Below are positions 14,053-26,052 of a stretch of 64,000 nt of DNA, piece after piece. Location: positions 29,760,001-29,824,000 of the forward strand of contig OY740781.1 in assembly GCA_963514005.1 (NCBI GenBank), in the 5' to 3' direction. Each line of letters begins with the position of its first letter. Positions within the stretch are counted from its first letter, which is position 1. Both the position numbers and the translations under genes were made by a program. The notes beneath the pieces are model-generated. The model was not told the DNA's origin. It did no database searches and was given only the letters and a program-made list of their open reading frames with translations. This DNA is from Raja brachyura (Eukaryota).

Positions 14053-14380
14053 GGCAGCACGTGACGCAGCGGTAGAGTTGCTGCCTTATTAGAGTTTCAC
14101 TGCACCTTAATTGGTACATGTGACAATAAACGAACCTTTGAGCCTTTATAGCGCCAGAGACCCAGAAGTTGGTACGTTCTCACCGTGACCCTCGTGGGTT
14201 TTCTCCGGGAGCTCTGGTTTCCTCCCACACTCCAAATACGTACAGATCTGTAGGCTAATTGGCTTGGTATAATTGTACATTGTCCGCAGTGTGTGTAGGA
14301 TAGTGTCAGTGTGTGGGGATCGCTGGTCGTCGCAGACTCAGTGGATCGAAGGACTTGTTTCCATGCTGTATCTTTAAACC
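14053..14380 (+). mobile_element. HE1-like SINE with internal ~58-bp LINE-tail insertion
   Basis: SINE head interrupted at ~14090-14147 by ...GGTACATGTGACAATAAA... tail sequence. Confidence 0.8.
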
Positions 14381-15004
14381 ACCTGGTAATAGAGTCCTCT
14401 GCCTGTGATTGTGTAGCCTAGAGTGGGCAGTGTTATGTGGAAAACACTGCCTATAGGAGTGCCGCAGTGCAAACAGTGTTGAGGTGTAGATCACAACAGA
14501 TTACAGGTCAGATTAGAACAGGGCCCTTCACTGCATACGGCTCTACATTTTTATCAAACTTCCACGACCTCCAGCAACTTAAAAGTTAAAAATGGACCCA
14601 AACAATCAGTATCTCTCAGCTCATTTACTTCACCAATTTCTCTCTTTGGCTCCTGAGGTCCCAACTATTGTGTTGCTTTATCTGACCCCACATATACAGA
14701 TAATAGGAATTACGACTATATTAATGAAAGGTCGTGCATTTTCTTCAATACAGGACCAATTTTTTCCTGACTAAAATCATACCGTACAGAGGAACTGATC
14801 GGGCCTTCAAGTCTTAATATGCAATTTATTCTAACTCCATCCATATCCAGAATTCCATTGCCATGACTAACTTTATTTCAAACTTTTCATGAGCGATTCC
14901 TCATTGAAATATCCAGGTCTGTCAATTGTTGCCGTTGAAACCATGGGGCATATTGGCACTGATATTGCCAGGTAAAGACCATGAAGGGACGACCTCCTAA
15001 AGAC

Positions 15005-15270
15005 CAGAAGCCTCAGAATTAAAGGACGTTCCTTTAGGATGGAGATGGAGGAATTTCTTTCATCAGAGGGTTGTGAATTTGTGGAATTCATTGCCGCAGA
15101 AGGTTGTAGAGGCAACGCAAAATGGATATTTTTTAAGGCAAAGATAGATCCTTGATTAATACGGTGTCAGGGGATATGGGGAGAAGGCACGAGGTTGGGG
15201 TTGAGAGGGAAAGATAGATCAGCCATGATTGAATGGCCGAACTGTGCTCCTACCGCTTATGAACTATGAA
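15005..15270 (+). mobile_element. CR1 3' fragment
   Basis: Similar to the CR1 C-terminal coding region and 3' UTR elsewhere in the window. Confidence 0.75.
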
Positions 15271-17397
15271 GATCAGAATAAAGGCAACCGACAGCAGTAA
15301 CAGCCATTTTGTCTACGAGTTTGCTAATTGATCAGCTTACGTTGCTCCCACTGGCACGGGTAGGTCTGTAATTATCAGTGGTTCACACTAACGCATGGCA
15401 GAACCAAATAATCACTCCACACACAGCTCATATTGCTAAACCTTTCCCACACTTCAAATGAACAGTTTTTAAAAAAGTACATGCAACCACCACCAATAAG
15501 GTTAAGTAAACCCCAACTGAATGAATTGATGCAACGCCCCTTGTTATAGGACCTATTGTGCAGGTTAACAGCAGTAAACAAGACGGATTGTTACTCTAGG
15601 TTTCAACAACATCCTACAAAGTAGTAGGCACTGACTAAAATTAACCTGTTGGATTCCGACCAGAGTGTGTCACTAAACAGATTTTATTTGCGAGGGAAAG
15701 CCATAAAGCTAACAATATCACTGGCATCAGGAAGAGATTTTACTTTTGCATTTTATTTGTTTCCTATTGCCCAATGCCACAATAATTATGGGTCTCACTG
15801 GCCGGCTGTTTAGGAATCAATAAGCTGGGTCTTTGTGGACACATTGAGCAATTGGAGAAGGGACACGCAATTGGTCAAGTATGTTGATGCTTATGCATGT
15901 AGCATAGTAATAAGATGCCAACTCGTTTGCTCCGAGTGTCTTCTCTGCTGCATGATGGATTTAGAAAATTGGAACACGGAAGCAAGCTAGACGTTTTACC
16001 AAGGGTATCGCTGCCACTTTAAACTGCAAGCAATTTGGTGCCAAATGGTGGGTTTTATTACACATGTCTGAAGCAGAGCCAATTCCCAGATTTCACAAAC
16101 AAAGTCCAAGGAATGCGCCTCAAGAAATCGGTCAGCATACAGAATGGGAATCCTCGGACGCTACTTCAAGTTGTGTGAGCCCACACACAAATGCAACCAA
16201 CGCCTGGGTGGGGGCAGGAAGCCTCTATGTCGAGAACAGACTTCACCACAAGACTGCAATCTTTGTTGGTTTCCAATTTAAAATTGGCTGCTTCAAGACA
16301 AGACTGTTTTGACAGAGTTCACAGGGGAAAAAAACATGTTCTAAAATGAAAGGGATACAATTATCATACTTCAGTAATGTAGGCTGGTTTACAGAGTCGT
16401 CTATTTTGCCCATTAAAGCCAACCCTGTATTAAATCCCATCCAGCATCTGATCTACCTCAGCTGTGGATTAAAATGGATCATTCATGTCGGAAACTTGCA
16501 AACCTTCATATCCTACCACCATGCCTAGTTACTAAGTCTTGAAAATGTTACAACAGGTTCAATAATATTACAAATCAACAGAACTTAAAGCTCCAGCATG
16601 TAAAGTAATCCCAATATATACATATATACACAATTTTATGGAGTATTTTATCTTCAATACATATAGTATATGTATAGAAGATAACTATCATGGAAAACTA
16701 CACACCAAGCCGACTGTGCCACAGCATGTGCAGAGGATAAAATACTCTAGGACACAGGAATACATGTCAAAAGATACTATTGCCTAGACATTGGACTTTG
16801 GGCATTCCCATTGTGCCGATTGAGTACAGTACACAGCATGACCACCAAACTGCAAGTCACAAAAAAAAAAGCTGGGACATCCTTGCTTTAAGAAATGTTT
16901 ATAATTTCCTGAATAATGACAGCTCATGCCTGATCCAATTTCTTGCTTGGTGGAACCACAGAAAGAAATGGTGCATGCTTCAAAAAACAGCCCGCTTCTC
17001 ATGTGCAATTTTCACATAAATGGATCTAATTTCTGTACATCTTGTGCTGTTGGAATACTACAGTATACCACAATAATGCCACTGAGAATATTATAGCACA
17101 CCTGCTAACTGAATACTCTGGAATTCCCGTCCACCTGCTCTAAGGTAGACTTTGACCTCCAAACCTGGGTGGGAATGTGACAGGGACAGTTCTGAACTTC
17201 ACCAGAATGAAGCAGCCATTAAGGATAAAGAACGTCCCCTGGAATCACCACCCTCCCTTCCCCCACACAAAGAATTCTTTACTAAATAATGATTTTTTTT
17301 CATTTAAAAAAAATAAATAATTGTAAACATCCTGTTTTAACACTCAAGAGGAATCAGTGTCATTAACTGGCTGGGAATACTACACAGTGTCTCTTAC

Positions 17398-17472
17398 CTG
17401 AAAGCCCCCCAGGAGCCGTATAATGAGTTCCCCCAGTTTCAGTCGAGGGAGGCACAGAGTCTGGCAAATCTG
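17398..17472 (-). CDS. SMAD7: SMAD7 exon 3 (75 nt; 72 nt with the alternative acceptor)
   Basis: ttcCAGCAG acceptor and GTAAG donor. Reads (A)DLPDSVPPSTETGGTHYTAPGGLS(D), matching the SMAD7 linker; phase 1-1. Confidence 0.95.
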
Positions 17473-17598
17473 CTGGAAGCAAAAGGGAAAACACACATTA
17501 AACTCATAACATTTTATTTCCTGCCATCGAATCGAGTCATTCAACCTGAATGTCACATATAATAATTATGAAGTCTCTGTAGTTAAGATGCTTAGCAC

Positions 17599-17637
17599 CA
17601 CTGATTGACGAGGCTCAGCACTGATTGACGAGGCTCA
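17599..17637. repeat. Perfect 19-bp tandem duplication
   Basis: CACTGATTGACGAGGCTCA at 17599-17617 and 17619-17637. Confidence 0.9.
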
Positions 17638-17806
17638 CACATAAAGAACAGTCGTTTCAACAAGATACCAGTGGGCATGGAATCGTAAACCCGTTCCCCC
17701 CCTCAGCAACTCACCATCATTAGGGAACAAGAAGCTCACCAGCTTGTGAGAAGAACAATGCCTCTTTAAAACGGCAGGGAAGTTGAACAATTATAAGAAT
17801 TATATT

Positions 17807-18072
17807 GTTTTAGTTTAGTTTAGACATACACAGAAAGAGGATCTTTGGCCCACCGAGTCCACACTGACCAGCGATCCCTGCACACTAACACTATCCAACA
17901 CACACCACAATTTACAATTTTATTAAAGCCAATTAGCCAACAAATCTGTAAGTCTTTGATGCAGGTCACGGGGAGAACGTGCAAACTCCACACAGACAGC
18001 ACCCATAGTCAGGATCCAACCCAGGTCTTTGGGGCAGTAAGGCAGCAACTCTATCGCTGCCCCACTGTACCG
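17807..18072 (-). mobile_element. HE1-like SINE
   Basis: Same family, internal deletion. Confidence 0.8.
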
Positions 18073-20539
18073 ACCTGCTCATGTGCCTCACAGCTTATCC
18101 GGACATGCACCAAAGTACGTCCTCTCTGCAGTCTGAAACATCAGACATATGGCAGCAAAGTTGTACTGTGGAGTTTAGATCGGTGGTGGTGAAATACCGC
18201 ATAAGGAGAGCACATCCCAGAGTCATGCTACAAAGGCCAGTTGCTACTGAAAGTACAGCAGAGGCGTTTGGTAAACTAACACAGAATTCATTCAGCCTTC
18301 AATAAGCTAACCTTTACTTCCGTTTTCCTGCATTTCACTTTTGATTTCGCTGATGAAAGCCATCTCCTAAAAAAAATGTTTGCCTTGTTTTTCGTGCTAC
18401 AGTTCAGCGTAAGAACTGGATAGAGAGGGAGTAATGTGGGCTCATTTTCTTTGGCTCTTCGCCAAGATATTTCCATTTCCTAGCCAGCCAAATTGAAATA
18501 CCTCAAATACTGGGCGACTCATTAGAACTTAAGAGCAGTATGTTATTTGGGAAGACCAAGCCTATATTAAGACTGAGCACAATTGTAGTGTGTCTCTTCA
18601 CATCTCTTCTGTTCTCTGTGCTATTGAATCGTCTGTCGATTCAGACGATTGCACTCAAATAATGTGCCGGATATCTTCACGTTTCAGCTGAAAATCTCTC
18701 CACAAACATTGACGAAAACTACTATTCACCTACAACAACCTCTTAGTGCATTGAATCCAAATTCCCCTCAACTCAACTGAGTTTTTCAAACTCAGCTTCC
18801 GATTGTTAACAACCAGAGATATCTCGTATTCAATATGAGATTATTGCTGTTCTCTACATCAGAGTAACTTACAAAAAACACTCAAAAACAAATTAGCTGA
18901 AATATTATTGAAAGCTCAAATCCTGGGGCAACACGTGTTAAGCCACCCTCCTCCCCCGCCCCCCCCATCCCCCTCCACTGTCTGTGTTTATTGAAAGGCA
19001 GTTTCTCAGGAGATTTCACGACCTAAACTGTCCTGAGGTATTTCTTGTGCTTCTCTGAAGAGTGATCTTCTCTGTTGATTGCACAAGCAGAATAGGTAAA
19101 TGAGATGAGCTGTTACCTTGTGGGTAACAAAGGGACCAAGCGCACAGTCACATATGCAACAGTGGTTGCAACATTGCAGATTTTTGCATATAGATTATAG
19201 ATTTTTGTTTGCTCACTCCCCAACTAATTGTTCCACCCCTTGCCCACACCGGCCAACATGTCCCACCTGCCTGCACTTCATGCATATCCCTCCAAACAAG
19301 TCCTATCCATGTACCAGAGGAAGGGCACCAATTTCAGTGGGTAAACCCTTTTATCCCACCCTACGGATACAGCAGCACTGATGAAATGTCTGTTGGATCT
19401 TTCTGGCTAGTTCATCTCAACTTGATGCTGACCAGTTTCCAGCAGTTAAACCGTAAAAATAAAAATTGGATTTAAGACATTGGATTGAAAAATTAGATTG
19501 AAGTAGACTAGCAAGTGCCCTATTGTGAACCACAATGGGGTTCTCCTTGGAAATTGTATTCAGACACTTTGACTTGTGGGAATGGTTACATCTCTAAAAT
19601 GAGGGAATGAAAAGACACAAGGAAACCTCTTCCTCAGATTCCAAACGCTACAGTTGGCAACACTTCCCAAAAGTAACTGGGCTTTTCCTTCCTTAAAGGC
19701 AGCTTCAGATTGTGGCCCTCTGTTTACATAGACAACACTAGCCTTTATGTCAATACTTGCAGGAAGTTATTCCACCTCAGCTAATGGGGGAACATCAGGC
19801 GCTGCTCATCTATTTCCCTACAAGGGCCAAGTTTTATCTGTTTTCAAATTTACTATTATTTCCTCTGTTGGGCAGAAATTTGGATTAGTTGTAAGAAGAA
19901 ACTTTCATTTGGGAGGATGTAGATAAGGCACTCACGAACAGGTCAACACATGTTGTTTGAAGTTAGGACATTTCTTCAAAAGATGCAGACCAGAGCACTA
20001 AAGGCGATTCCTTACCCAACTCAGCAAATATCTTAATGTCTTAAGTTTTCCAAAAACCATTAGTTCAATTGTAGGAATAAAGCAGCCAGAGTTTTAAGAA
20101 TGAGTACTAAATTCAGATAGATCAAACATATTCAATTAGTTTAGTCTAAAGAAGGGTTCTGACCTGAAACGTCACCCATCCATGTTCTCCCGAGCTGCTG
20201 CCTGATCTGCCGAGTTACTTCGGCACTTTTGGGTAAACCAGCACCTGCCGTTCGTTGTTTCTACTCATTCGGTTAAATCATGCCTGATCAGTCCTTGAAT
20301 TTTATACAGGTCCTCCCCAACTTACAAGCTGCCAATTTAGGTACCGTCCACACAAGAACACGAACCAGCGTTTGAGAGAACAGCGGGTTGGACGTGAGCT
20401 GCTGTGGGATCGGTTCATGGCCCAATTCAGACGTGCAAATGGTTTGGGTTGTGAACAGTTCTCAGGACCGGAACTCTGCTGTAACCTGGGGAGGAGCTGT
20501 GCTCCTCAAAACACTTCCTTTGTAAAACCAATGAGAGTG

Positions 20540-21065
20540 AATCTGCGGAAAACAACTGGTCTGTATGGTGTCCCTGGTTGTGAATTCCAAGTCCTGTGCA
20601 GATGTATTTACTGACATCTTTAACCTCTCACTTGTCCACACCGAGGTCCTTATATGATGTATTCAAGAAGTCCACTATCATCCCCGGTGGCAAACAAACG
20701 CAAGGTAGCGTGCCTTAATAACTACCGTCCAGTGATTCTGACATCCACCATCATGAAGTACTTTGATAGACTGGTGATGATGCTATTAACTCTCCCAGCC
20801 AGCCTTGATCCACTGCACTTTGCTCAACTTCACAACAGGACCACAGAAGATGCCATCTAAACTCTACTCTACTCCGAAATACACGGACAACACGGAGTCT
20901 CCTAGATGAGACTCCTCTTTATCAACTATAGCGCCACCTTCAACAACATAATCCAATCCAAACTCATGGACCCAGGAATCAGCACCTCTCTCTGCCATTG
21001 GATCCTCGCCTTTCTGATCCCGACCATAAATAATGAAGATATGTGACAGCACCTCCTCAGATAAC
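20540..21065 (+). mobile_element. Rex1/Babar-type LINE RT fragment (decayed)
   Basis: KVACLNNYRPVILTSTIMKYFDRLV...LDPLHFA..HNRTTEDAI. Confidence 0.8.
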
Positions 21066-21679
21066 ACTATCCATTAATACAATGAATTCAAATGCAAGCA
21101 ATGACAACAGAACATCCAGACTTACATATGAAGTCACCAAATCTTCGTAGCATAATATGCTGACTGTAACATTGATAATTAGGAAAACCTGAAAAGGGCC
21201 CATACCAAAAAGTCACCTACCCATGTCCTCCAGAGAAGCTGCCTGACCTGCTGAGTTATTCCAGAATTTGTGTGTTTTTCTTTCAACGATTGGGCAAGAA
21301 TCAGTGTTTCATTGGGAGAGGAGTGCAGGTGAAAAGACGAGATAGAAGACATCTTTCCTGAATTATAGCTTGTTCTATCTCCAGACCCCAAGTCTGGAGA
21401 TAGTCTGAAATAAACTCGAAGTAAAAGTCAGTCTGCAGGGGAGATGAGATCTATGCTTTGTTCAGGCAAGACTGAGGGGACAGCAGACATGAAAGACAGG
21501 CTTTTTGGCCAAGGCACAAACAAGCTAGTGATGAACATCCAAGCACTTGCACATCAGAATGAGATGCTTCAGAAGATGGGTGTGTTGAATGGAAAGTCAA
21601 GCATCCGATGAACTAGTGGCTTCATGACTCTATTTAATTGGAAAAGTAAACGTATTTCAAAGGCAATACGTAAATATTA

Positions 21680-21998
21680 CATTTATAGAGCACCTTTCAT
21701 AACAAGATCCCCCGAGTCTCTTTGGAGCCACTCAAACATATCATCAACACCACAACCAATTTTCATGCAGGCAGGTCTCCCAAACGGCAAAGATTGTTGG
21801 TTGAAGGGACTAATATTTGCCAGACACCAGGGAGATTTCTGGCATGACACTCTTCCAAATAGAGCAGCGTTTGATGGTGCAGCAGTTAGCCTGGCATGAC
21901 ACTGGAATGTCAGTTTGGACTCTGTGCTCAATTCTCTGGAATGGATCTTCAATCCACAAGCTTCTGACTCAGAGGTTGAGAGTGCTGCCACAGAGCCG
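21680..21998 (-). mobile_element. Ancient DeuSINE (SacSINE1-like) remnant
   Basis: Minus strand has a tRNA-like head, Deu-domain-like CCCTGGTGTCTGGCAAATATTAGTCCCTTCAACCAACA and an L2-type tail GTGCTCTATAAATG; recognised from memory. Confidence 0.6.
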
Positions 21999-23151
21999 CA
22001 GCTTGCAACTTAAAAAATAATTCCCGTGTTTAAAATTATTATTGACCCATTTCCACAGACATACATCTCGGCCCACCTCACCCAAAGGAATATCACAGTC
22101 AACATTCCTGCTTCTCTTTTCTAATGCAGAGCACTGCGCGCCACAAGGCGGCCGACTTCAGACAACCACATAATTTCCCTGTCCAACCCTGGCGACGAAC
22201 AAAACATTGCTGTGCTCTCTACCCTGTGCTGCTGCGACTGAACTCATGTAAAAGAACCAATGTGCTCCAACAAGTCAGAACTCACTGACGCCGGCCACTT
22301 GAGCAATGTTATTCAGAGTACAAATGTTCCTCTCAAGATGGCAGCCTATGGGGTTGATGAATATGGCTTTCATGGGTGGGAGATTTGTGGAGCATTAAGA
22401 TGTTTGCAATTCCACACAGCCGAGTACAACATTTGCCTCATACAATCTCATCTCAAGATTTGTTCTTGCACACTCCACAAAGAACAGTTTGGACAGGTCG
22501 TACCTTGAAAATAATGCCTAAACTGAGAAATCATAAAAGATCTAGGAGTGTTCCCTATTGATAAAAGAACATAAGATTCATAACTGTAAACCTTCATTGG
22601 TTTTCCCCATACATAGAAATACTCAAAGCTTTCTCATGAATGCTGTTGCTCAATACCAACTCTCACATCAAGGGTCTCGACCTGAATCGTCACCTCTTCC
22701 TTTTCTCCAGAGATGCTGCCTGACTCGCTGAGTTACTCCAGCATTTTGTGTCTATCTTCTAATTTGATTAATCTGTTGTGTTGCAGAGGACTCCCAGCTG
22801 AAGCCCAGTTTAGCTGCACACCAAAGGACACAGGTAGACCAAAGAGCCCACACCGATGCAGTTGGGTTTTTCTTAAAGAAACAGTCAAGACATTAAAAGT
22901 ACTGCATTATATAGAATCAGAAGATTAGATCCCCAATCTCTATAAAGTCAGTTTCCTCAGCTAGTATAACAGTGAATCAGTGCAAATGGCTGCAGAGATC
23001 CTGGATTAGACGTATAACTTTACAGTACATTAACAGGCCCTTCGGCCCACGATGATTGTGCTGAACATGATGCCAAGTTAAACTAATCTTTTTTTGACTG
23101 CATGTGATCCATATCGCTCCATTATCTGCATATCCATGTGCCTATCTAATA

Positions 23152-23346
23152 GAAGATAGACACAAAAAGCTGGAGTAACTCAGCGGATCAGGCAGCATCC
23201 CTGGAGAAAATGGGTGACGCCTCAACCCAAAACGGCACCCATTCCTTTTCTCCAGAGATGCTGTCTGACCTGCTGAGCTACTCCAGCTTTTTGTGTCTAT
23301 CTTCCGTTTAAACCAGCATCTGCAGTTCCTTCCTACACATTTTGTC
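23152..23346. mobile_element. Penelope pLTR inverted mini-insertion
   Basis: Arms at 23152-23215 and 23235-23304 are inverted copies; TSD TGCCTATCT(A/C)ATAG. Confidence 0.8.
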
Positions 23347-24382
23347 TGCCTATCTCATAGCCTCTTAAACCCACCACCAGCACATTCCAGACACTTACTA
23401 CTCACTCTCTGTGCAAATAACTTGCCCGTTAAACTTTCCCCCTCTAACCTTCAAGCTATGTCCTCTGGTCTTTGACAGTTCCATGCCTACCCTATCAATG
23501 CCTCTTATAACCTTTCTTCAGGTCTCTACTTTTATCTCCAACGCACCAGAGGAAACAATCCAAGTTTCTCCTTCATCTCCTTATAGCTTATACCCTCTAA
23601 TTCAGTGTTCGAATAAAACTATTCTGCATCATCTTCAAAGCACTCACACCCTTCCAGCAGGCAAAAAATAAAAAATATTGAGAACCATTGAGTTCCCAAT
23701 GAAATATCATCGTCACATCACAAGCTGTATGAGCTTGCTATGCAGAAGATCAAGTTGGGTTATGGCAGCAACTTATTTGTTGTATAGGCTGTGGATGTGC
23801 TGAGAAGAAGATTATGGTGTAGATGGTGGCCCTGAGATGTGACAGGCAGTAACTTGACCAAATCCAGGAATGATATGGGTTGAACCTAATAACTCGCATA
23901 TCAAATGCGATCCACTGCTTTTTTCATACATAAAGGAGAGTGTGATCATCTTTTCCACGTGTAATCCTATAGTAGTTTCATGCAGCTAGAGTGAAAACCA
24001 TGCTTGGTATCTTGCCTTAAGCTGTACAAAGTGCATTTATTATGCTCTTTTACTGTAAGATATAAATTGATTCTATTGCCCCAATAAGAACAAATCTCCC
24101 CCCCCCCCCAATTGATCACCTGATCACATCGACAATCCTGCCGGTTCGATTTTCTACCAATTCTGCTCCCAGTGGGAACTCCTAATAACATCCTCCACAC
24201 TCGTCCGTTTCCCCGGGATTTAACTTCATGGAACTACCCGCTACAGTCTCGTTAAAGACATCGTTACAACTCTTTTCCACAAGTATATGTACACTGTTAC
24301 AAATTCGGGGTTTCTGGTAGTGGAGCCTATATTAAAAATGCAGAAAAATACATAAATCATAAATAACGAGCACAAGACTTAC

Positions 24383-24436
24383 CAGACTGTTTGAGTGAGT
24401 CCATTGGAAATTTGGAATAGGGAGGCGGGGGTGACT
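24383..24436 (-). CDS. SMAD7: SMAD7 exon 2 (54 nt, PY motif)
   Basis: Pyrimidine tract + CAG acceptor and GTAAG donor. Reads (E)SPPPPYSKFPMDSLKQS in frame with exon 1 and contains the PPxY motif bound by Smurf/NEDD4-family WW domains. Confidence 0.96.
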
Positions 24437-24479
24437 CTGGAAACATAAAAATAAAAGAGAAAAGGGCAAAGCCATGAGA

Positions 24480-24790
24480 AGAGATAGAAACTTATGATAA
24501 CACTGGCAGGAGAGCCGGCATTCTTTCGTAAACTGTTTGTCTTAACTCTGGGGGCTGGAGGCAGAACAGCAAAGGCGGCGATCGCCTTGATAGTTAACAG
24601 TCACATAAACAAAAGAGTCAGCCTGGCGCCAGTCTCACTGATATGCAACTTGTGTGTCTAATCGCCCCTCCTTGGCTCACGTAAAACACTTCTACACTGG
24701 AAATTACTACTGAATCAGACGGCCTGAGAATCTCGCCGCGCCATCTAACTGGAAAATCACCCATTTACCGCGGCGACAAGTCTTAGACAA
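24480..24790. promoter_or_regulatory. Candidate intron-1 BMP response element
   Basis: Palindrome CTGGCGCCAG at 24623-24632, adjacent AGTCT, CAGAC at 24716-24720, GCCGCGCC, and WGATAR sites at 24482, 24495 and 24588. Confidence 0.6.
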
Positions 24791-25544
24791 CTTTTTTTTT
24801 TCTCTCTTGTCATTTAAAAACTTTTATCTACTTGATTGGTACATTTAACGCGATTTATAGGATGTTTGAAATGACTTCCGTCCTCAAAGGAATGCGAATT
24901 TAAACAATAATTCTTGACATTCAGTTAATTCCAAGAAATACTGGAGACATTTTTTTTTTTTAAATCAGCTTTTTTTCCCCATACCTCTGCGTGTAATAAT
25001 TTACACTTTCAACTCAGATCCCAATAACGTTTGGTTTTATGGGCAGTTTTAAATCTGTGGACAAGAGTGATCCAAATCTTTTTACAAACCTCCCCTGTAC
25101 TAGTTTTGGACCGCATTACTCTATTTTAAAGTCTATTCTCGGGGAATTAATACTTAATATTGTATCACACTGGATTGTCAGCAAAATATATTATTTTAAA
25201 TTGCGATTTTAAATGGAAACCATCAGGAGGCAAATACAAACGTCTTAAATCATATTGAGCGTAAGATTAATAAAACCCAGTGTTTTTTTTTAAAAAGGCA
25301 TGTTTCAGTGATGTCCATAAAACTGACTCGGAGTAAACCTGTAAAGGACTGAAGGTTATTGTCTCCAATTAAAAATTAAAATTATCATTGCTGCAACATC
25401 TTTCCTGCTCCGTAAAAGGTGGACCAGGTGATTGCAATATTCAAACGAGCGGGGAAGTCGTGAAACGACCAAGAGCCTTAAAACGTAGCCCAATTGATGT
25501 TCGTTTAAAACATTAAATAATGAAGTATGTCATGTATTTCTTAC

Positions 25545-26052
25545 CGAATTCACAGAGTCTGCTAAGGTGGTGTGGGTTACAGCAGACGGAATCCGGGTTG
25601 TTGGTTCCGTATGATTCACAGCAATAGAGTCTTTTCAGTTCCGAAGAGTTTCTCAGATCAGGCCAGCGGAAGACTTTGCAGATCAGTACCGGTAGGGAGT
25701 AAGTTTGTTTGCTGAGTTTAGGCTCGATCATCCTGGGCAAGAGGAGGCAGCCGGTACGGGCTCCCCCTTTACTATCCACTGCTTGCAACAATAATTCCAA
25801 CTGCTTCTCCTTCAGTTTTTTCAGCAGCGAGTGAGTAAGGGTTTTCAATTCGGGGTCGGAGGTTGTATATTTCGCCCCTTTGCCCCCGCAGCACCCACCG
25901 CCACTGCTGCCGCCGCCGCTGCCGCCTCCTCCTCCCCCCCCTCCTCCTCCCCGGTTTGCATCGCCCTCGTTATCCGTCTGCCCGTCTGCTTCTCCCAACG
26001 CACGGCTTCTCCAAAGTCGCCGGACAAGACCCGATCGTTTCGTCCTGAACAT
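25545..26052 (-). CDS. SMAD7: SMAD7 coding exon 1 (N-terminal/MH1-like region, 169 codons + 1 nt)
   Basis: Translates MFRTKRSGLVRRLWRSR...LLKKLKEKQLELLLQAVDSKGGARTGCLLLP...CKVFRWPDLR...CCNPHHLSRLCEF. The MFRTKRS start is diagnostic of SMAD7 rather than SMAD6 (MFRSKRS). ATG at 26052-26050; donor G|GTAAG after 25545 (phase 1). Confidence 0.97.

Larger units (their letters stand above)
1..17397 (-). other. SMAD7: SMAD7 intron 3 (partial, >17 kb)
   Basis: Follows the exon 3 donor. No MH2-type ORF (WCxVAYWE) appears in the window, so the last exon lies beyond position 1. Confidence 0.85.

Noticed and set aside
1-17397. SMAD7 MH2 exon or another host gene
   Set aside because: No ORF with MH2 motifs or other recognisable protein; the short ORFs are repeat-derived or random.
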